Positions 40,164 through 41,081 of a DNA stretch of 41,081 nt are shown one piece after another. A program made the position numbers and the translations under genes. Under the pieces are notes generated by a model, which made no database searches, had not been told where the DNA came from, and worked only from the letters and a program-made list of their open reading frames with translations. Position 1 is the first letter of the stretch; every line of letters begins with the position of its first letter. Origin of the DNA: a virus (taxonomy: Duplodnaviria > Caudoviricetes); the IMG/VR virus record IMGVR_UViG_3300034279_001484, positions 1 through 41,081 of that record. One strand, given 5' to 3'.

Positions 40164-41081
40164 GTGAGCAACCCGTTCAAGACGGCTCAGAATGTTGAGC
40201 CGAAGATGAAAGTTCTGGTCTACGGTGCGTCGGGGGTCGGCAAGACTTACTTCGCGCTGTCGGGCAAGGGCAAGGTCGCTGTGATTGACACCGAAGGTGG
40301 CACGGCGCACTACGCAGGTCGCCCAGGGCTGGCGGAATTTGATGTTCTGCCAACCAAGACCTACAAGGATGTCAAGGCGGCTGTTGAGTACATCGCGGCG
40401 AACCCGAAGGCGTACACAACGCTGGTCATTGACCCGCTGACAGTAATTTGGGAAACACTGCAGGATGCAGCCCAGATCAAGCGCGCAGCGGCAAATGCAG
40501 CGAAGGGTCGCGGGAGCGGCATCGTTGAGGAAACCGACCTGGAGATGCTGGACTGGGGGCGAATCAAGCGCCAGTATAAGTCGCTCCTGACGGCAATCAT
40601 CAACTTGCCAATTCACACCATTGTGGTGGCACGCGAGAAAGACGACACCGAGAAGCGCGGCGATCAGATTGTTCGCATTGGCAGCAAGCCAGACTGCGAA
40701 AAGGGAACGCCGTATTTCTTTGACAGCGTGTTGCGTATGTCGGTTGAGTCTGGCGTTCGCAAGATGACGGTTGTCAAGGATCGCACTGGCTCTAATGACC
40801 TGAAGGCTGAGATTGTTGACCCGACTTTTGAGTCGGTGTTCGCAAAGGCTCTTGGCGTTAAGGGTGGCGTAAAGCGCGAGCAGATGGACGAAGCAGTCGC
40901 TGCAGCCCTGGACGCCGAAGAGGAGCCAGCAGGCGACGAACTCGCTGGAAACATCCGCATTGCCCTGGTTGCGGCTGGCATTGACAGCGACGCGCTGTTG
41001 AAGTCTCGCGGCTGGGATTCGTTTGCAGACATTCCAAAGCAAAAGGCTGAGGAAGTCTTGAAGTGGGCGCTCGCTAAGGGC
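40164..41081 (+). CDS. AAA_24/Sak4-like ATPase; continues across the junction to TAA at 92-94 (about 311 aa)
   Basis: KVLVYGASGVGKT, VIDTEGG, TLVIDP and DWG.IK motifs; AAGGAGG RBS; absent from the ORF track because it wraps. Confidence 0.88.
   Translation, partial: MSNPFKTAQNVEPKMKVLVYGASGVGKTYFALSGKGKVAVIDTEGGTAHYAGRPGLAEFDVLPTKTYKDVKAAVEYIAANPKAYTTLVIDPLTVIWETLQDAAQIKRAAANAAKGRGSGIVEETDLEMLDWGRIKRQYKSLLTAIINLPIHTIVVAREKDDTEKRGDQIVRIGSKPDCEKGTPYFFDSVLRMSVESGVRKMTVVKDRTGSNDLKAEIVDPTFESVFAKALGVKGGVKREQMDEAVAAALDAEEEPAGDELAGNIRIALVAAGIDSDALLKSRGWDSFADIPKQKAEEVLKWALAKG
41006..41081 (+). repeat. Terminal direct repeat, copy 2 (identical to 1-76)
   Basis: Exact match. Confidence 0.97.

Noticed and set aside
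41006-41081. 76-bp terminal repeat as a biological DTR or att site
   Set aside because: It lies mid-gene in the AAA ATPase and its length fits an assembler k-mer overlap, so it is best read as a circularisation artefact.

Overview
This window is an apparently complete, circularly permuted genome (about 41,005 bp unique) of a tailed dsDNA phage with siphovirus-type tail genes. All credible genes are on the + strand. Bases 1-76 repeat exactly at 41006-41081, and an AAA ATPase ORF reads in frame across the junction. There are three blocks. (1) A recombination/replication operon (about 38988 through the junction to 2906): PD-(D/E)XK nuclease, AAA/Sak4-like ATPase, SSB, replication initiator with iteron-like repeats, LexA-type HTH, RusA and an RlpA-like protein. 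(2) An early accessory region (3038-9905) split into five cassettes, each opened by a sigma70-type promoter, a leader hairpin and a strong RBS; four promoters share an AAAC-N6-GTTT palindrome. (3) A late region (10039-38959): terminase, portal, head, tail, lysis and a phosphoesterase. The most striking part lies between portal and capsid. A 1998-aa MuF protein ends in a PI3K/HipA-like kinase. Three more effector-like genes follow (ADP-ribosyltransferase, a possible SAM-lyase-fold enzyme, and a zeta-toxin polyprotein). All three start with the same LxE-YAxxQPRDxKGRF-poly-Gly-VD signal, and candidate immunity modules sit next to them. I infer a modular system that loads interchangeable effectors into the capsid and matures them with the prohead protease. 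No integrase, DNA polymerase, helicase, tRNA or CRISPR array was recognised. Family assignments come from motif recognition by eye, not database searches.
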